Assembly (NCBI GenBank): GCA_017695065.1
Contig: JADILZ010000041.1
Location: 1,135-65,134, forward strand
Length of the DNA: 64,000 bases
Direction: 5' to 3'
Source of the DNA: Candidatus Cryptobacteroides excrementipullorum
Lineage (GTDB): Bacteria > Bacteroidota > Bacteroidia > Bacteroidales > UBA932
Shown here: piece by piece, positions 50,052-59,514 of the stretch
How the letters are laid out: the number at the start of each line of letters is the position of its first letter
How positions within the stretch are numbered: the first letter of the stretch is position 1
Notes under the pieces: model-generated
What the model saw: only the letters and a program-made list of their open reading frames with translations
Told to the model about the DNA's origin: nothing
Databases searched by the model: none
Program-made: the position numbers and the translations under genes

Positions 50052-51075
50052 GGAATACCTCCTCTCCAAGACCCTCGGAGGTGCCGATATCATCCAGCAC
50101 CTCATCCGCAAGGAATTCCCGGACCACATCATGCACGTCAAAGGCCAGGACTGCGGCGAATGCCCCGATCCGGTTTGGGCCGATGGCAGCATCATCCAGG
50201 TAACCCTGGACCGCATTCCCATTGAGGGCACCAAGATGGCCGAGTACCGCGCCCGGTATCACTATCCCGATGGCCAGATGCTGGACGGCGATGCCATCGC
50301 CCTGGCTATGGCCTACTACCACCATCGCGGGGAAGACCTCTCCCTGGAGCAGCTCATTGCCCGCCTGGCGGAAGAACTCTACGTCAAGGAACCGCGCAAG
50401 CCCTTCTTCAAAGAGCCTGAGCCCGAGCAGGTGCCGGAACCGAAGCCCAAAGCGCCGGAAGTCGCGCCCTGTCCCAGGATGAGCTTTTTCCGCCGGCCCA
50501 TCCGCAACACGCGACCCTGTCGCGATGCATCCCCGCAGGATGTCTATAAGTATTTGGTGAGCGACTATGCGAAAGCCAATACCGAGACACTCCGCTGCAT
50601 CAAAGACCCGAAGGAACGTAGCAGGTTCAAGTCCCAGAACTTTGATTACGTGACGCCTGGAGGAATCTTCCACAGCCGGAAAGAGTCCGACCTGGTCAAG
50701 GCCAGCGGCTACATGGTCATCGACTTCGACCACATTTCCGACCCAGAAGGCCTGGTGCTCCTGCTGGCCAACGAAGAGAATTTCGAGACCATCCTGGCCT
50801 TCCGTTCTCCTTCCGGTGATGGCGTCAAATGGTTCGTAGCGCTTCCGCCCGATGCCAAAAAGCCCGACGGAACGCCCTTCACCTACGGCGAGTTCTTCAC
50901 CATTCTCAGTAACTATGTCCGTCATGCCTACGGCTACGAAGCAGACCCTTCCGGCAAAGACGTCTGCCGTGCATGCTTCCTGCCGCACGACCCGGACGCA
51001 TTCCTCAACCCGTTTTACCTCGAAGACAATTATGAATACGACATCACAAGATTTCTTGATGGATCTGCTGAGTGA
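50044..51075 (+). CDS. VirE/BT4734-like N-terminal domain protein (primase-associated)
   Basis: The block SFFRRPIRNTRP...DVYKYLVSD...FKSQNFDYVTPGGIFHSRKESDLVKASGYMVIDFDHI resembles the BT4734/VirE-N family usually found upstream of DUF3987 genes in Bacteroides islands. Assignment is from memory of the family. Confidence 0.55.
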   Translation: MTKEYLLSKTLGGADIIQHLIRKEFPDHIMHVKGQDCGECPDPVWADGSIIQVTLDRIPIEGTKMAEYRARYHYPDGQMLDGDAIALAMAYYHHRGEDLSLEQLIARLAEELYVKEPRKPFFKEPEPEQVPEPKPKAPEVAPCPRMSFFRRPIRNTRPCRDASPQDVYKYLVSDYAKANTETLRCIKDPKERSRFKSQNFDYVTPGGIFHSRKESDLVKASGYMVIDFDHISDPEGLVLLLANEENFETILAFRSPSGDGVKWFVALPPDAKKPDGTPFTYGEFFTILSNYVRHAYGYEADPSGKDVCRACFLPHDPDAFLNPFYLEDNYEYDITRFLDGSAE

Positions 51076-52858
51076 GGGCGATAAGCCCTCCTCCCAGCAG
51101 GCCCAGGCTCCTGTCAACCATCCCTCCGCCCCGGTGCCCTCCACGGACACCGGAGCCCGGGTGAAAGCCCTAATCGCCGCTCTGAAAGCCGCCGGTACGG
51201 ACATCACCGCCGACTACAACGACTGGCTCAAGGTGGGCTTTGCCCTGGCCGGAGAGTTCGGTGAATCCGGGCGTGGATACTTCCACGCCATCAGCTCCCT
51301 CTACCCGGGGTATGACCAGGCCGAAAGTGACACTAAGTACACCGAGTGCCTGAAATCAGACTCCGGCAGGACGGATATAAGTACCCTCTTCTATCTTGCG
51401 AAAAATCAGGGTGTTACCCTCGAACGACCCGCGAACGCGCCGGGAACGAGCCACGACATACCACGCAAAAAAGGTCAAAGTGACAAAAATGTCCCTTTGT
51501 CCCTTTTGGAAGATGACCCAGAAGAAATGCCGCTCTTGCCGGTGTTCCCCGAGTCCATCTTCCCGTCTCTTCCCAGCCTGCTCAAAGAAGTCACGGATCT
51601 GATGATTACCGACCAGGAACGCAGCCTTGTTCTCATCGGAAGCATCGCAACAATCAGTTCAGCCCTGCTGCCCTTCAGAACCGTGTATTTCGGCAAGACC
51701 ATTTATCCCAATATGTATTTGTTTGTTCCCGGTCCCGCAGGTGCTGGCAAGGGAAAGCTCGACTTCTGCCTGCGGCTGGTCATGCCCATTCACAAGGAGA
51801 AGTTGGAGCGCTGGAATACGGCCAAAGACGAATACCGCAAGGAATACGCCCGTTACAAACGTCAGAAAAAAGGTGAGAACATCGACCCGCCGGAGAAACC
51901 TCCCATCCAAATGCTTCGTGTTCCGGCCAACAGTTCCGCCACCTCGTTCGCGCAAGCAATGGCGGAGAACGGCAACCTACTGATGTTTGAGACCGAGGGC
52001 GACACCGTGGTCAATTCGTTCTCCAGCGATTTCGGCAACTACAGCGATTCGTTCCGCAAGGCCTTTGCCCACGAGAGTTTCGGGTATTTGCGCCGCGGAG
52101 ACGACGGAGAAGAGAAGGAAATCGACAATCCGCGCCTTTCCACGGTTTTGTCGGGCACGCCGGAGCAAGTGAAATCGCTCATCAGAGATGCCGAAAACGG
52201 GCTCCTTTCACGGTTCATGTTTTTCTGCATCAACGCCACGCCCGAGTGGATGGACGGTTTCGATTCCTATGGCAGCGATGCTCCGCTGGAGGATACCTTT
52301 AACGCCATCGGTGCCAGGTTCTGCGCCTTCGCCAAGACTTTGGAGGACACGCCAACGATCCGGTTCAGTCTCTCGCTCCCGCAGATTGGAAAGTTCAACG
52401 ATTTCTTCAAGGCCGAGAAGCAGCGGATGCAGGATGTCAATGGCGACCGCTATTCTGCCAGCTCCCACCGCTTGGCCTGGTGCTTCCTGCGGGTTGCGAT
52501 GGTGCTTACGGCGCTGCGAATGATGGATTCCGGTGACGTGAGGGAAATAGTTGGATGTGCGGACGTTGACTTCGATGCCACCCTGGAGATCATCCGCGTG
52601 ATTTCGGTCCACAACGACTACATTTTCAACGTTCTTGACCGGGAGCGACCGGAGGGAATCGCCGTGGCCGATTCTTACTCTGCCGCAACCAGGAAGACGA
52701 TTCTGGCGGCTCTGCCGGGTTATTTCAAGACGGACGATATGAAGGACGTGGCTCGGAAAATCGGCAAGACGTTGCGAACGGTAAGGCGACAGGTCGCGCG
52801 GGCAATCCAGGCCGGCGAGGTCAAGCAAGTGAAGCACGGCGAATACAAGAAACTGTAG
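51032..52858 (+). CDS. PriCT-2 + DUF3987 protein (primase C-terminal / helicase-like replication protein)
   Basis: PriCT-2-like segment ITADYNDWLKVGFALAGEFGESGRGYFHAIS, then a DUF3987-like region with a P-loop-like VPGPAGAGKGK. The start was set to MNTTSQDF (51032). Confidence 0.7.
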   Translation: MNTTSQDFLMDLLSEGDKPSSQQAQAPVNHPSAPVPSTDTGARVKALIAALKAAGTDITADYNDWLKVGFALAGEFGESGRGYFHAISSLYPGYDQAESDTKYTECLKSDSGRTDISTLFYLAKNQGVTLERPANAPGTSHDIPRKKGQSDKNVPLSLLEDDPEEMPLLPVFPESIFPSLPSLLKEVTDLMITDQERSLVLIGSIATISSALLPFRTVYFGKTIYPNMYLFVPGPAGAGKGKLDFCLRLVMPIHKEKLERWNTAKDEYRKEYARYKRQKKGENIDPPEKPPIQMLRVPANSSATSFAQAMAENGNLLMFETEGDTVVNSFSSDFGNYSDSFRKAFAHESFGYLRRGDDGEEKEIDNPRLSTVLSGTPEQVKSLIRDAENGLLSRFMFFCINATPEWMDGFDSYGSDAPLEDTFNAIGARFCAFAKTLEDTPTIRFSLSLPQIGKFNDFFKAEKQRMQDVNGDRYSASSHRLAWCFLRVAMVLTALRMMDSGDVREIVGCADVDFDATLEIIRVISVHNDYIFNVLDRERPEGIAVADSYSAATRKTILAALPGYFKTDDMKDVARKIGKTLRTVRRQVARAIQAGEVKQVKHGEYKKL

Positions 52859-52868
52859 CTGAAAGGAG

Positions 52869-52899
52869 CCCCGGGCGGCAGTTCGGGGTTTTCCTTTTT
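52869..52899 (+). terminator. possible rho-independent terminator separating the replication module from the R-M cargo
   Basis: CCCCG...CGGGG 5-bp GC stem with a 10-nt loop, followed by TTTTCCTTTTT. Confidence 0.4.
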
Positions 52900-52964
52900 G
52901 CTTGATTTATTGTAAGTTGAGTGTACGGCGGACACTTTAAATTTTATAATCGGAGGAAAATGCG

Positions 52965-52972
52965 TATATTTG
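52965..52972 (+). promoter_or_regulatory. Bacteroides-type -7 box (TATATTTG) upstream of the R-M operon
   Basis: Exact TAnnTTTG lies 43 nt upstream of the M1 ATG (53015). A T-rich but inexact -33 region sits about 20 nt upstream. Confidence 0.4.
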
Positions 52973-53014
52973 TTAGTTTTAACAGCAAATCAAGCACTTT
53001 CGGGAGATTTTTAT

Positions 53015-54148
53015 ATGAATGTAGTATCGCTATTCGCCAACATTGGTATAGGTGAGGCTTATTTGAAGAGCCTCGGCTTCGATGTTGTTGTGGCTAACGA
53101 ACTGGAGCCCAGACGGGTTGATATATATAGGCAGATCTATCCTAACACCAACATGATATGCGGGGACATCACTGACAAGAAAGTATATTCCAGCATTCGT
53201 AAAGCATGTGAGAAGCAAAAGATAGACGTTATAATGGCAACCCCTCCTTGCCAGGGAATGAGCACGGCAGGTAAACAAGACGAGTTCGACGTAAGGAATG
53301 AATTGTTTCTTTATGCCGTTCAACTGATAAAGGATGTCAAGCCCGATTATTTCATTTTTGAAAACGTTCCCGGGTTTATGACGACATACATCAAATACAA
53401 CGAAGAGAAACGTCTTATCCCCGATGTGATCAAAGAGTTGCTCAGGACAACCTATTCCATGTCTTTCAACATTATTGACACGCAGGATTATGGCGTTCCA
53501 CAGTCTCGTTCGAGAATGATTCTCTTAGGGACCAGACGGCGGGTCGCTCACAAATGGAATATGCCCGAATCCGAACCCGATGTCAAGACTCTCGAGGATG
53601 CTATCGGAGACCTTCCTATACTCGATCCCTTTGTTTACGATGTTTCGGAGGAAGAGATGCTCAAGGTCTTCCCCAACTACAAGAAAAGGGAAAAGGCCGC
53701 ACTGAAGATTTCACCCTGGCATGTACCGCCCCACCATATTCTTCGTCAAGTCATAACTATGCAGCACACGCCTACCGGCTGCTCAGCATTTGACAATGAA
53801 AAGTACAAGCCGAGGAAGAAAAACGGCGAGATAGTCAAGGGATTTCACAATACCTACTCGAGACAGAGGTGGGATGTCCCGGCCTACACTATCGCAATGA
53901 GCAACAACCAGATCTCCACGCAGAATAGTGTACACCCGGGTCGCTATCTCGGGAAAGACGCCAACGGCGACGACATCTACTCAGATCCTCGTGTCTTCAC
54001 GGTATATGAACTGATGCGGATAATGAGTATCCCGGACGATTGGCCCATCCCTACAACCGTGAGCAAGCAGTATTTAAGGCATATCATTGGCGAAGGCGTT
54101 CCTTCGCTCCTGATACGAAAGATATTTGAACAGATTCAAAATGGCTAA
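53015..54148 (+). CDS. DNA (cytosine-5)-methyltransferase, subunit M1 of an LlaJI-type R-M system
   Basis: Motif I LFANIGIGE, motif IV ATPPCQGMS, motif VI ENVPGF, motif VIII QSRSRMILLG, and the motif X region IGEGVPSLL. Confidence 0.9.
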   Translation: MNVVSLFANIGIGEAYLKSLGFDVVVANELEPRRVDIYRQIYPNTNMICGDITDKKVYSSIRKACEKQKIDVIMATPPCQGMSTAGKQDEFDVRNELFLYAVQLIKDVKPDYFIFENVPGFMTTYIKYNEEKRLIPDVIKELLRTTYSMSFNIIDTQDYGVPQSRSRMILLGTRRRVAHKWNMPESEPDVKTLEDAIGDLPILDPFVYDVSEEEMLKVFPNYKKREKAALKISPWHVPPHHILRQVITMQHTPTGCSAFDNEKYKPRKKNGEIVKGFHNTYSRQRWDVPAYTIAMSNNQISTQNSVHPGRYLGKDANGDDIYSDPRVFTVYELMRIMSIPDDWPIPTTVSKQYLRHIIGEGVPSLLIRKIFEQIQNG

Positions 54149-55286
54149 ACGAGCAAAACTTAGAGGACTCTCCCTGTTCGCCAATGTGGGCATTGCAGAA
54201 GCTTATCTGAAAGAAATTGGCGTCGATATGCTCGTGGCCAACGAACTTCTACCAGAACGTGCGCGGTTCTATCAGGACGTGTATCCAGAAACGCACATGG
54301 TCACTGGAGATATTACCGACGACAAGCTTCGCACGGCTATCGTCAACGAGGCAAAGAAGAAGAAAGTTAACTTCATCATGGCCACCCCTCCCTGTCAGGG
54401 AATGAGCCGTGTGGGCAAAATGGATAAGGACGATGTGCGCAACCAACTTATTTATTATGCGGTTGACGTAATTCTGCGGCTGAAACCGGAATTCGTGCTC
54501 ATTGAGAACGTCACGACGATTTTGACGACCAAGATCAAGGTTGACGGCAAAGAAATGCTTATTCCCGAATACCTGAAGGGTGTGCTGGGTGAAGATTACG
54601 TCTTCAATTCTCAATCAAAAGTCAGGGCGATGGATTATTCCATTCCGCAGATGCGTTTAAGGAATATCTATCTGCTTGTACGGAAGGACAAAAATATCAC
54701 TTGGGAATTCCCGGCAAGGACACCTATCGTCACCCTTGAAGACGCCATTGGGAATTTGCCAGACGTAGATCCCTATCTACGTGATGGCTATGATGTCACC
54801 CTGGCTCATTTCCCCGATTTCGAACGCAAGAAAGCTGCTGCTGCAGCCGTTTCGAAATGGCATAGGCCCCCTGTCCACTCATGGCGACTGGTCGAGTGGA
54901 TGATGCATACTCCGACCAATGATTCGGCTATTTTCAATCCAGTACACTATCCTCGCAAGACAGATGGGACCAGGGTATCCGCCCACTACAATCAATATCG
55001 CCGCTTGGCGTGGAATACACCTTGCCGTGCTTTGACCCAGAACAATGGAGTCATTTCTTCCCTTGCCTGCGTTCATCCAGGCAGGCCATATACCGTTAAT
55101 GGCGAGGTCTTATACACAAATCCCCGCGTCCTAACGATATACGAAGTTATGATTGTATCCTCTCTGCCTCTCGATTGGCCTATACCTGAATGGGCAAACG
55201 AGAATTTGATACGAAAGGTCATCGGTGAAGGCATTCCTTCAAGATTGATCAAAGTAATAGTTGAAGAACTCTTATCAAAAATATAG
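54141..55286 (+). CDS. DNA (cytosine-5)-methyltransferase, subunit M2 of an LlaJI-type R-M system
   Basis: LFANVGIAE, ATPPCQGMS, ENV, QMRLRNIYLL, IGEGIPSRL. It overlaps the M1 stop by 8 nt. Confidence 0.9.
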   Translation: MAKRAKLRGLSLFANVGIAEAYLKEIGVDMLVANELLPERARFYQDVYPETHMVTGDITDDKLRTAIVNEAKKKKVNFIMATPPCQGMSRVGKMDKDDVRNQLIYYAVDVILRLKPEFVLIENVTTILTTKIKVDGKEMLIPEYLKGVLGEDYVFNSQSKVRAMDYSIPQMRLRNIYLLVRKDKNITWEFPARTPIVTLEDAIGNLPDVDPYLRDGYDVTLAHFPDFERKKAAAAAVSKWHRPPVHSWRLVEWMMHTPTNDSAIFNPVHYPRKTDGTRVSAHYNQYRRLAWNTPCRALTQNNGVISSLACVHPGRPYTVNGEVLYTNPRVLTIYEVMIVSSLPLDWPIPEWANENLIRKVIGEGIPSRLIKVIVEELLSKI

Positions 55287-55288
55287 TT

Positions 55289-57148
55289 ATGGGAAGTCTT
55301 ATCATGCCTAAGCATACAGGGCTCGTATCCGAGTTTCAAACTCCTCTGAAAGTATGCTACGATAGAAAGGACGTCAACAACGGCTGGGTGGAAAATGGTC
55401 ACGCCAAGCAAGGTATAGATGGTTTTACATTGTATTTATACCAGGAGTATCATGCGGCCAATGCTCTGGGGCACAGTACCCCCAAGAACGATAATTCCGA
55501 TTATACGAAGGATGCTCAGCTTCCTTTGTATTTCGGTTTTATGGAAATCTCTGAAACCCGTTCCAAAGCCCTGCGTAGAATCACTCCAAGCGGAATTGAA
55601 ATGTATGAGGCCCTCGTTGCCAATGACAAGGACAAGATATACTCTTTGTTTATCAACGCCTTGGAAAGTATGACTTTCGGGCGGAACAATAGTGGCTGCG
55701 AGAATTCGGATTCCGATCTGGAGGCCCCGAATATTCTATTGATTAGTTCGGTGATTCTTGGAGGCATCAAGAGGAAGGAATACTATTACATCCTCGAATT
55801 CATGGACGAGAATGGATGTGACCTTTCCAACGCGCTGTCTAAAGTGGCGTATTACAGAAAGAAACAAGAAGACATTCCCGATACGGCTGTGACATATACT
55901 GACGCCAAATTCATTCCCTTCTGGGTGTCTTTAGGCTTCCTTACGGACGCATCCGATGGAAGGCTGCACATCTCATCCGATGTCTTTAATCGCTATGCAG
56001 CGCGAATAATGCGCTTGCGTATCAAGAATACAGAGACACCCAAGAAGCGAAAGATTTACAGCCCCGATGGGACGATGCAGAAGATTTATTACGGTTGTCC
56101 CGGAACCGGAAAGTCCTTCAAGATCAAGGAAGAAATTGAAGGAGTTGACGGTGAACTCGCTGTATATTTTGACGACAAGGGAAAGAAAATCGACACGCCC
56201 GATACGAAAGAGGAGCGGATCGGCAAGCCGAGCAATATATTCCGTACCACCTTCCATCCAGACTATGATTATGCTACATTTGTAGGCTCATATAAGCCCG
56301 TCATGGAAGTGGTCAAGGAGAAGACTGAAAACCAAAAGGAGGAAAAAGAACTGGGCTATTCTTTTGTTCCACAGGTATTTACAAAAGCTTATATTCGAGC
56401 CTATAACTCAAAGAAGGACAAAACTTTATCGAGTGACGAAAAGAATGTGTACCTAATTATTGAAGAAATCAATCGTGGTAATTGTGCGCAGATTTTCGGA
56501 GACCTTTTCCAGTTGCTTGACCGCAAAGGTGGTGTTTCAGAATTCCCGGTCGTCCCTGATACAGAGCTAATCAATTATCTGAATAAGGAAGGCATTCCGG
56601 GTAATACAATTAGATTGCCTGAGAACCTTCATATTCTGGCCACAATGAATACCTCTGACCAGAGTTTGTTCCCAATGGATTCAGCTTTCAAGAGGCGCTG
56701 GTCGATGGAGTACATTCCGATTAACCTCCAGCAAGAGATTGCCCAAAAATACACTTTCAGAGTTAAAGGAAAGGAGTATTCATGGGTCAAATTCCTCGAA
56801 AAAGTCAACCCCCTCATTCGCAAGGCTACGGACAGCGAGGATAAGCAGATGGGCGAATTCTTCATCAAAGGCGACATTTCCGAGGAAGATTTCAAGAACA
56901 AGGTAATGTTCTACCTCTGGAATGACGTGTGCAAGGATCTCTACTCCGCCAGTCGCATTTCTCCGTTATACTTTATGCGCAGCGACGATGCCGAAGGGAA
57001 TAAGAACGTTTTCACTTTTGCCGAGCTTTACGGGAAAGGACGTTACGAGGATGACACCAAAGATTACACAGCCCCTGTTGATTTGCTTGAGGGTTTCATC
57101 ACCAAGAAACTGGGCCTTACCCACTTACCCGCTCAGAACCAGGAATAA
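55289..57148 (+). CDS. McrB-family AAA+ NTPase (LlaJI R1-like restriction subunit)
   Basis: YYGCPGTGKSF Walker A, LIIEEINRGNCAQIFGDLFQLLDR, and ILATMNTSDQSL...DSAFKRRW, the McrB/GTPase signature blocks. The ~270-aa N-terminal domain was not recognised. Confidence 0.85.
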   Translation: MGSLIMPKHTGLVSEFQTPLKVCYDRKDVNNGWVENGHAKQGIDGFTLYLYQEYHAANALGHSTPKNDNSDYTKDAQLPLYFGFMEISETRSKALRRITPSGIEMYEALVANDKDKIYSLFINALESMTFGRNNSGCENSDSDLEAPNILLISSVILGGIKRKEYYYILEFMDENGCDLSNALSKVAYYRKKQEDIPDTAVTYTDAKFIPFWVSLGFLTDASDGRLHISSDVFNRYAARIMRLRIKNTETPKKRKIYSPDGTMQKIYYGCPGTGKSFKIKEEIEGVDGELAVYFDDKGKKIDTPDTKEERIGKPSNIFRTTFHPDYDYATFVGSYKPVMEVVKEKTENQKEEKELGYSFVPQVFTKAYIRAYNSKKDKTLSSDEKNVYLIIEEINRGNCAQIFGDLFQLLDRKGGVSEFPVVPDTELINYLNKEGIPGNTIRLPENLHILATMNTSDQSLFPMDSAFKRRWSMEYIPINLQQEIAQKYTFRVKGKEYSWVKFLEKVNPLIRKATDSEDKQMGEFFIKGDISEEDFKNKVMFYLWNDVCKDLYSASRISPLYFMRSDDAEGNKNVFTFAELYGKGRYEDDTKDYTAPVDLLEGFITKKLGLTHLPAQNQE

Positions 57149-57160
57149 TATATAAGCCCG

Positions 57161-58933
57161 ATGCTCGTCTATTTCGAAGGATACTATTACCCTGACAAAT
57201 CGGTCTTCGACAAGATCAAAGTTGAAGATCCCGATAAATATGTTGTGCCGGTTCAGCGCGATAGAAAAGGGTGGTATGTAGAGCATATCGGTTATTTGTT
57301 TGTATCCATGGAGGGCGGTGGAGAACCGGTCTTCATTCTTCCCAAAAACTTCTTAAAGAACGATACGGCCCATCCTGAGGAGGGTCTGACGTTGCTTGGT
57401 ATGCCCGGAGTCAAGCCGGAAAAAGTATTCGATTCAGACCCAGAAAAGAATATTCTTTCACAGCGCGGCCAGGAAACCTTTTTGCCAGAATTAAGTCTTT
57501 GGCTCTTCCGCGCAATGTCTCGATACCGTGAAGAGCGGGAAAAGGAGAAAACGGAGATTCAGAAAGATGAGCTGTACTACCGCGCCCCAGATCACGGGGC
57601 ATATGACCGTGATTTTCTAAGTACAGCCATTCATCTTATTGACTTCCTCTCCGACCATCGAAACCTATTCACGCAGATTAGCAAGATAAACAACTCGGGC
57701 CGTGCCGCGGTTGACTGGTCTAAAACCATTCAGCAACATCCGTTCATCAAGGGTGGCAAACCGTATTATCTTGATCTCCGCATCAAGGACAAAGCCATCA
57801 ACATCGATGAGGAGCTTATTGTCCTTTACTACTCTGTTCTCAGATACCTCAAGGAGAAGTTCCATTTCCGTATCAACTACGGTGAGATCAATTACCCGCT
57901 TAAAACCCGCTCGGAGATTCAGAACTATCTGGATACGGGCGTAGGCAAGCGCCGGATGCGCGACATGAAGGGGAAATACTTCCGAGATGACCTTTTGGAG
58001 TTATGGGCTCTTTTGGACGCGTTTTTCGATTGCAACATCAGCCGAGACGACAAAGATCCCATAAAAGAGTGCCTTGTAACCAAGCAATTCCACAAGGTCT
58101 TCGAAAGGATGGTTGATGCTCTCATTAGCAACTCTGACAAACTTGAGCGCTTGAAGAACCAGAAGGACGGGAAACTGGTTGACCATCTTTTCCTTTACAA
58201 ATCCCTCGTTGGTTCGAAGCACACCATCTACTACATCGGTGACAGCAAATACTATCCTGACGCCAACCATGCAGAAGATGTCGCTCTTTACAAGCAGTTC
58301 ACTTATGCCCGTAATGCTATCCAGTACAATATAGATCAGTATTATATCCATCACAAGAAGAATCCTGACGCCATCCGCTACCGAGACAAGGATACGGAAG
58401 GGTATAACGTCACGCCCAACTTCTTCATCTGCCCGAAGATAGAAGCAGGCAACCTCGATTTTACGCAGCATTCTTTTGCTGCCGCATCATGGGAATACGA
58501 GCCTAACAGACATTTTGAAGATCGTCTGTTTGATCGTGACACACTCCTGCTAAGAGAGTATGAAATCAACCTCATTTTTCTTATTGCAGCTTACGGCGCT
58601 TATGAAGACTGCTGGACTGACAGTCTCCACAAAACCATTCGGGAAGACATGATCGATTTCCTTAACGAGACCTATAATTTCTTCAAGATAGAGCCGATGG
58701 ATTATCCTGTCTCCTCCCAAAATGGCCTGATAGACAAATGGCCGTTCACCAAAGTATTTCGCCGCACTCTTGAAGGAAAGGCCTACAAAGAGGACGAGGA
58801 CTCTAAGGACATCATCCTCGCCTTTGAAAAGAAAACCGAAACGGGTAAAAAAGACTACAAATTCGTCCACGATGAAATCAAGGACTATGTCATTGGCGGC
58901 AGTATTGATGATCCTATACCCCTGAAGCCGTGA
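57161..58933 (+). CDS. LlaJI-family / McrC-like restriction endonuclease subunit (R2)
   Basis: It follows the McrB-like gene in M1-M2-R1-R2 order. It has a PD-(D/E)xK-like YYIGDSKYY motif, as in McrC/LlaJI R2. The family assignment rests on context plus this motif. Confidence 0.7.
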   Translation: MLVYFEGYYYPDKSVFDKIKVEDPDKYVVPVQRDRKGWYVEHIGYLFVSMEGGGEPVFILPKNFLKNDTAHPEEGLTLLGMPGVKPEKVFDSDPEKNILSQRGQETFLPELSLWLFRAMSRYREEREKEKTEIQKDELYYRAPDHGAYDRDFLSTAIHLIDFLSDHRNLFTQISKINNSGRAAVDWSKTIQQHPFIKGGKPYYLDLRIKDKAINIDEELIVLYYSVLRYLKEKFHFRINYGEINYPLKTRSEIQNYLDTGVGKRRMRDMKGKYFRDDLLELWALLDAFFDCNISRDDKDPIKECLVTKQFHKVFERMVDALISNSDKLERLKNQKDGKLVDHLFLYKSLVGSKHTIYYIGDSKYYPDANHAEDVALYKQFTYARNAIQYNIDQYYIHHKKNPDAIRYRDKDTEGYNVTPNFFICPKIEAGNLDFTQHSFAAASWEYEPNRHFEDRLFDRDTLLLREYEINLIFLIAAYGAYEDCWTDSLHKTIREDMIDFLNETYNFFKIEPMDYPVSSQNGLIDKWPFTKVFRRTLEGKAYKEDEDSKDIILAFEKKTETGKKDYKFVHDEIKDYVIGGSIDDPIPLKP

Positions 58934-59514
58934 GCGCGGTCTCTCCACAGCGGTCATTCATCATGTCACAAGTTCACTCCAAGAACACGACTCCGGAGAA
59001 GATTGTGAGGGCCGAGTTGTGGCACAGAGGTTACCGGTATCGGCTCAATGACAAGCGCCTGCCCGGCAGGCCCGACCTCGTGCTGCCCAAGTACCGCGCT
59101 GTCATCTTCATCAACGGCTGCTTCTGGCACGGCCATAAAGGCTGCTCTAAGTTTACCGTTCCCAAGACAAACGAAGAATTCTGGCGCGAGAAGGTTGCCC
59201 AGAACATCGCCCGCGACGAAATCAATGCTCAGCGCCTCGATACACTTTCCTGGACAGTCATCACCGTCTGGGAGTGCGAACTGTCGAAGAAGAACCGCGA
59301 TGCCACCATTGCCCGCATAGAGTCCGATTTACGGGCCGCAAAGGCCAAATACGACAAATGGACCGCCCTCCGCCGCGAGAGCCGTGAATACGCCCGAGAA
59401 CAGGCCAGAAAGCATCGTGAAATCCTCGCCCAGGTCGAAGCAGAACTGAATCTGCCAAAAAGCCTCCGCCGCTACGCAAAGAAAGCCGAACAGATTACAG
59501 AAGAATCCTTATGA
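58930..59514 (+). CDS. vsr: very short patch repair endonuclease Vsr with a ~45-aa charged C-terminal extension
   Basis: RSFIMSQVHSKNTTPEKIVRAELWHRGYRYRLN...LPGRPDLVLPKYRAVIFINGCFWHGH...WECE. The GTG start overlaps the R2 stop (GTGA). Confidence 0.9.
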   Translation: MSAVSPQRSFIMSQVHSKNTTPEKIVRAELWHRGYRYRLNDKRLPGRPDLVLPKYRAVIFINGCFWHGHKGCSKFTVPKTNEEFWREKVAQNIARDEINAQRLDTLSWTVITVWECELSKKNRDATIARIESDLRAAKAKYDKWTALRRESREYAREQARKHREILAQVEAELNLPKSLRRYAKKAEQITEESL

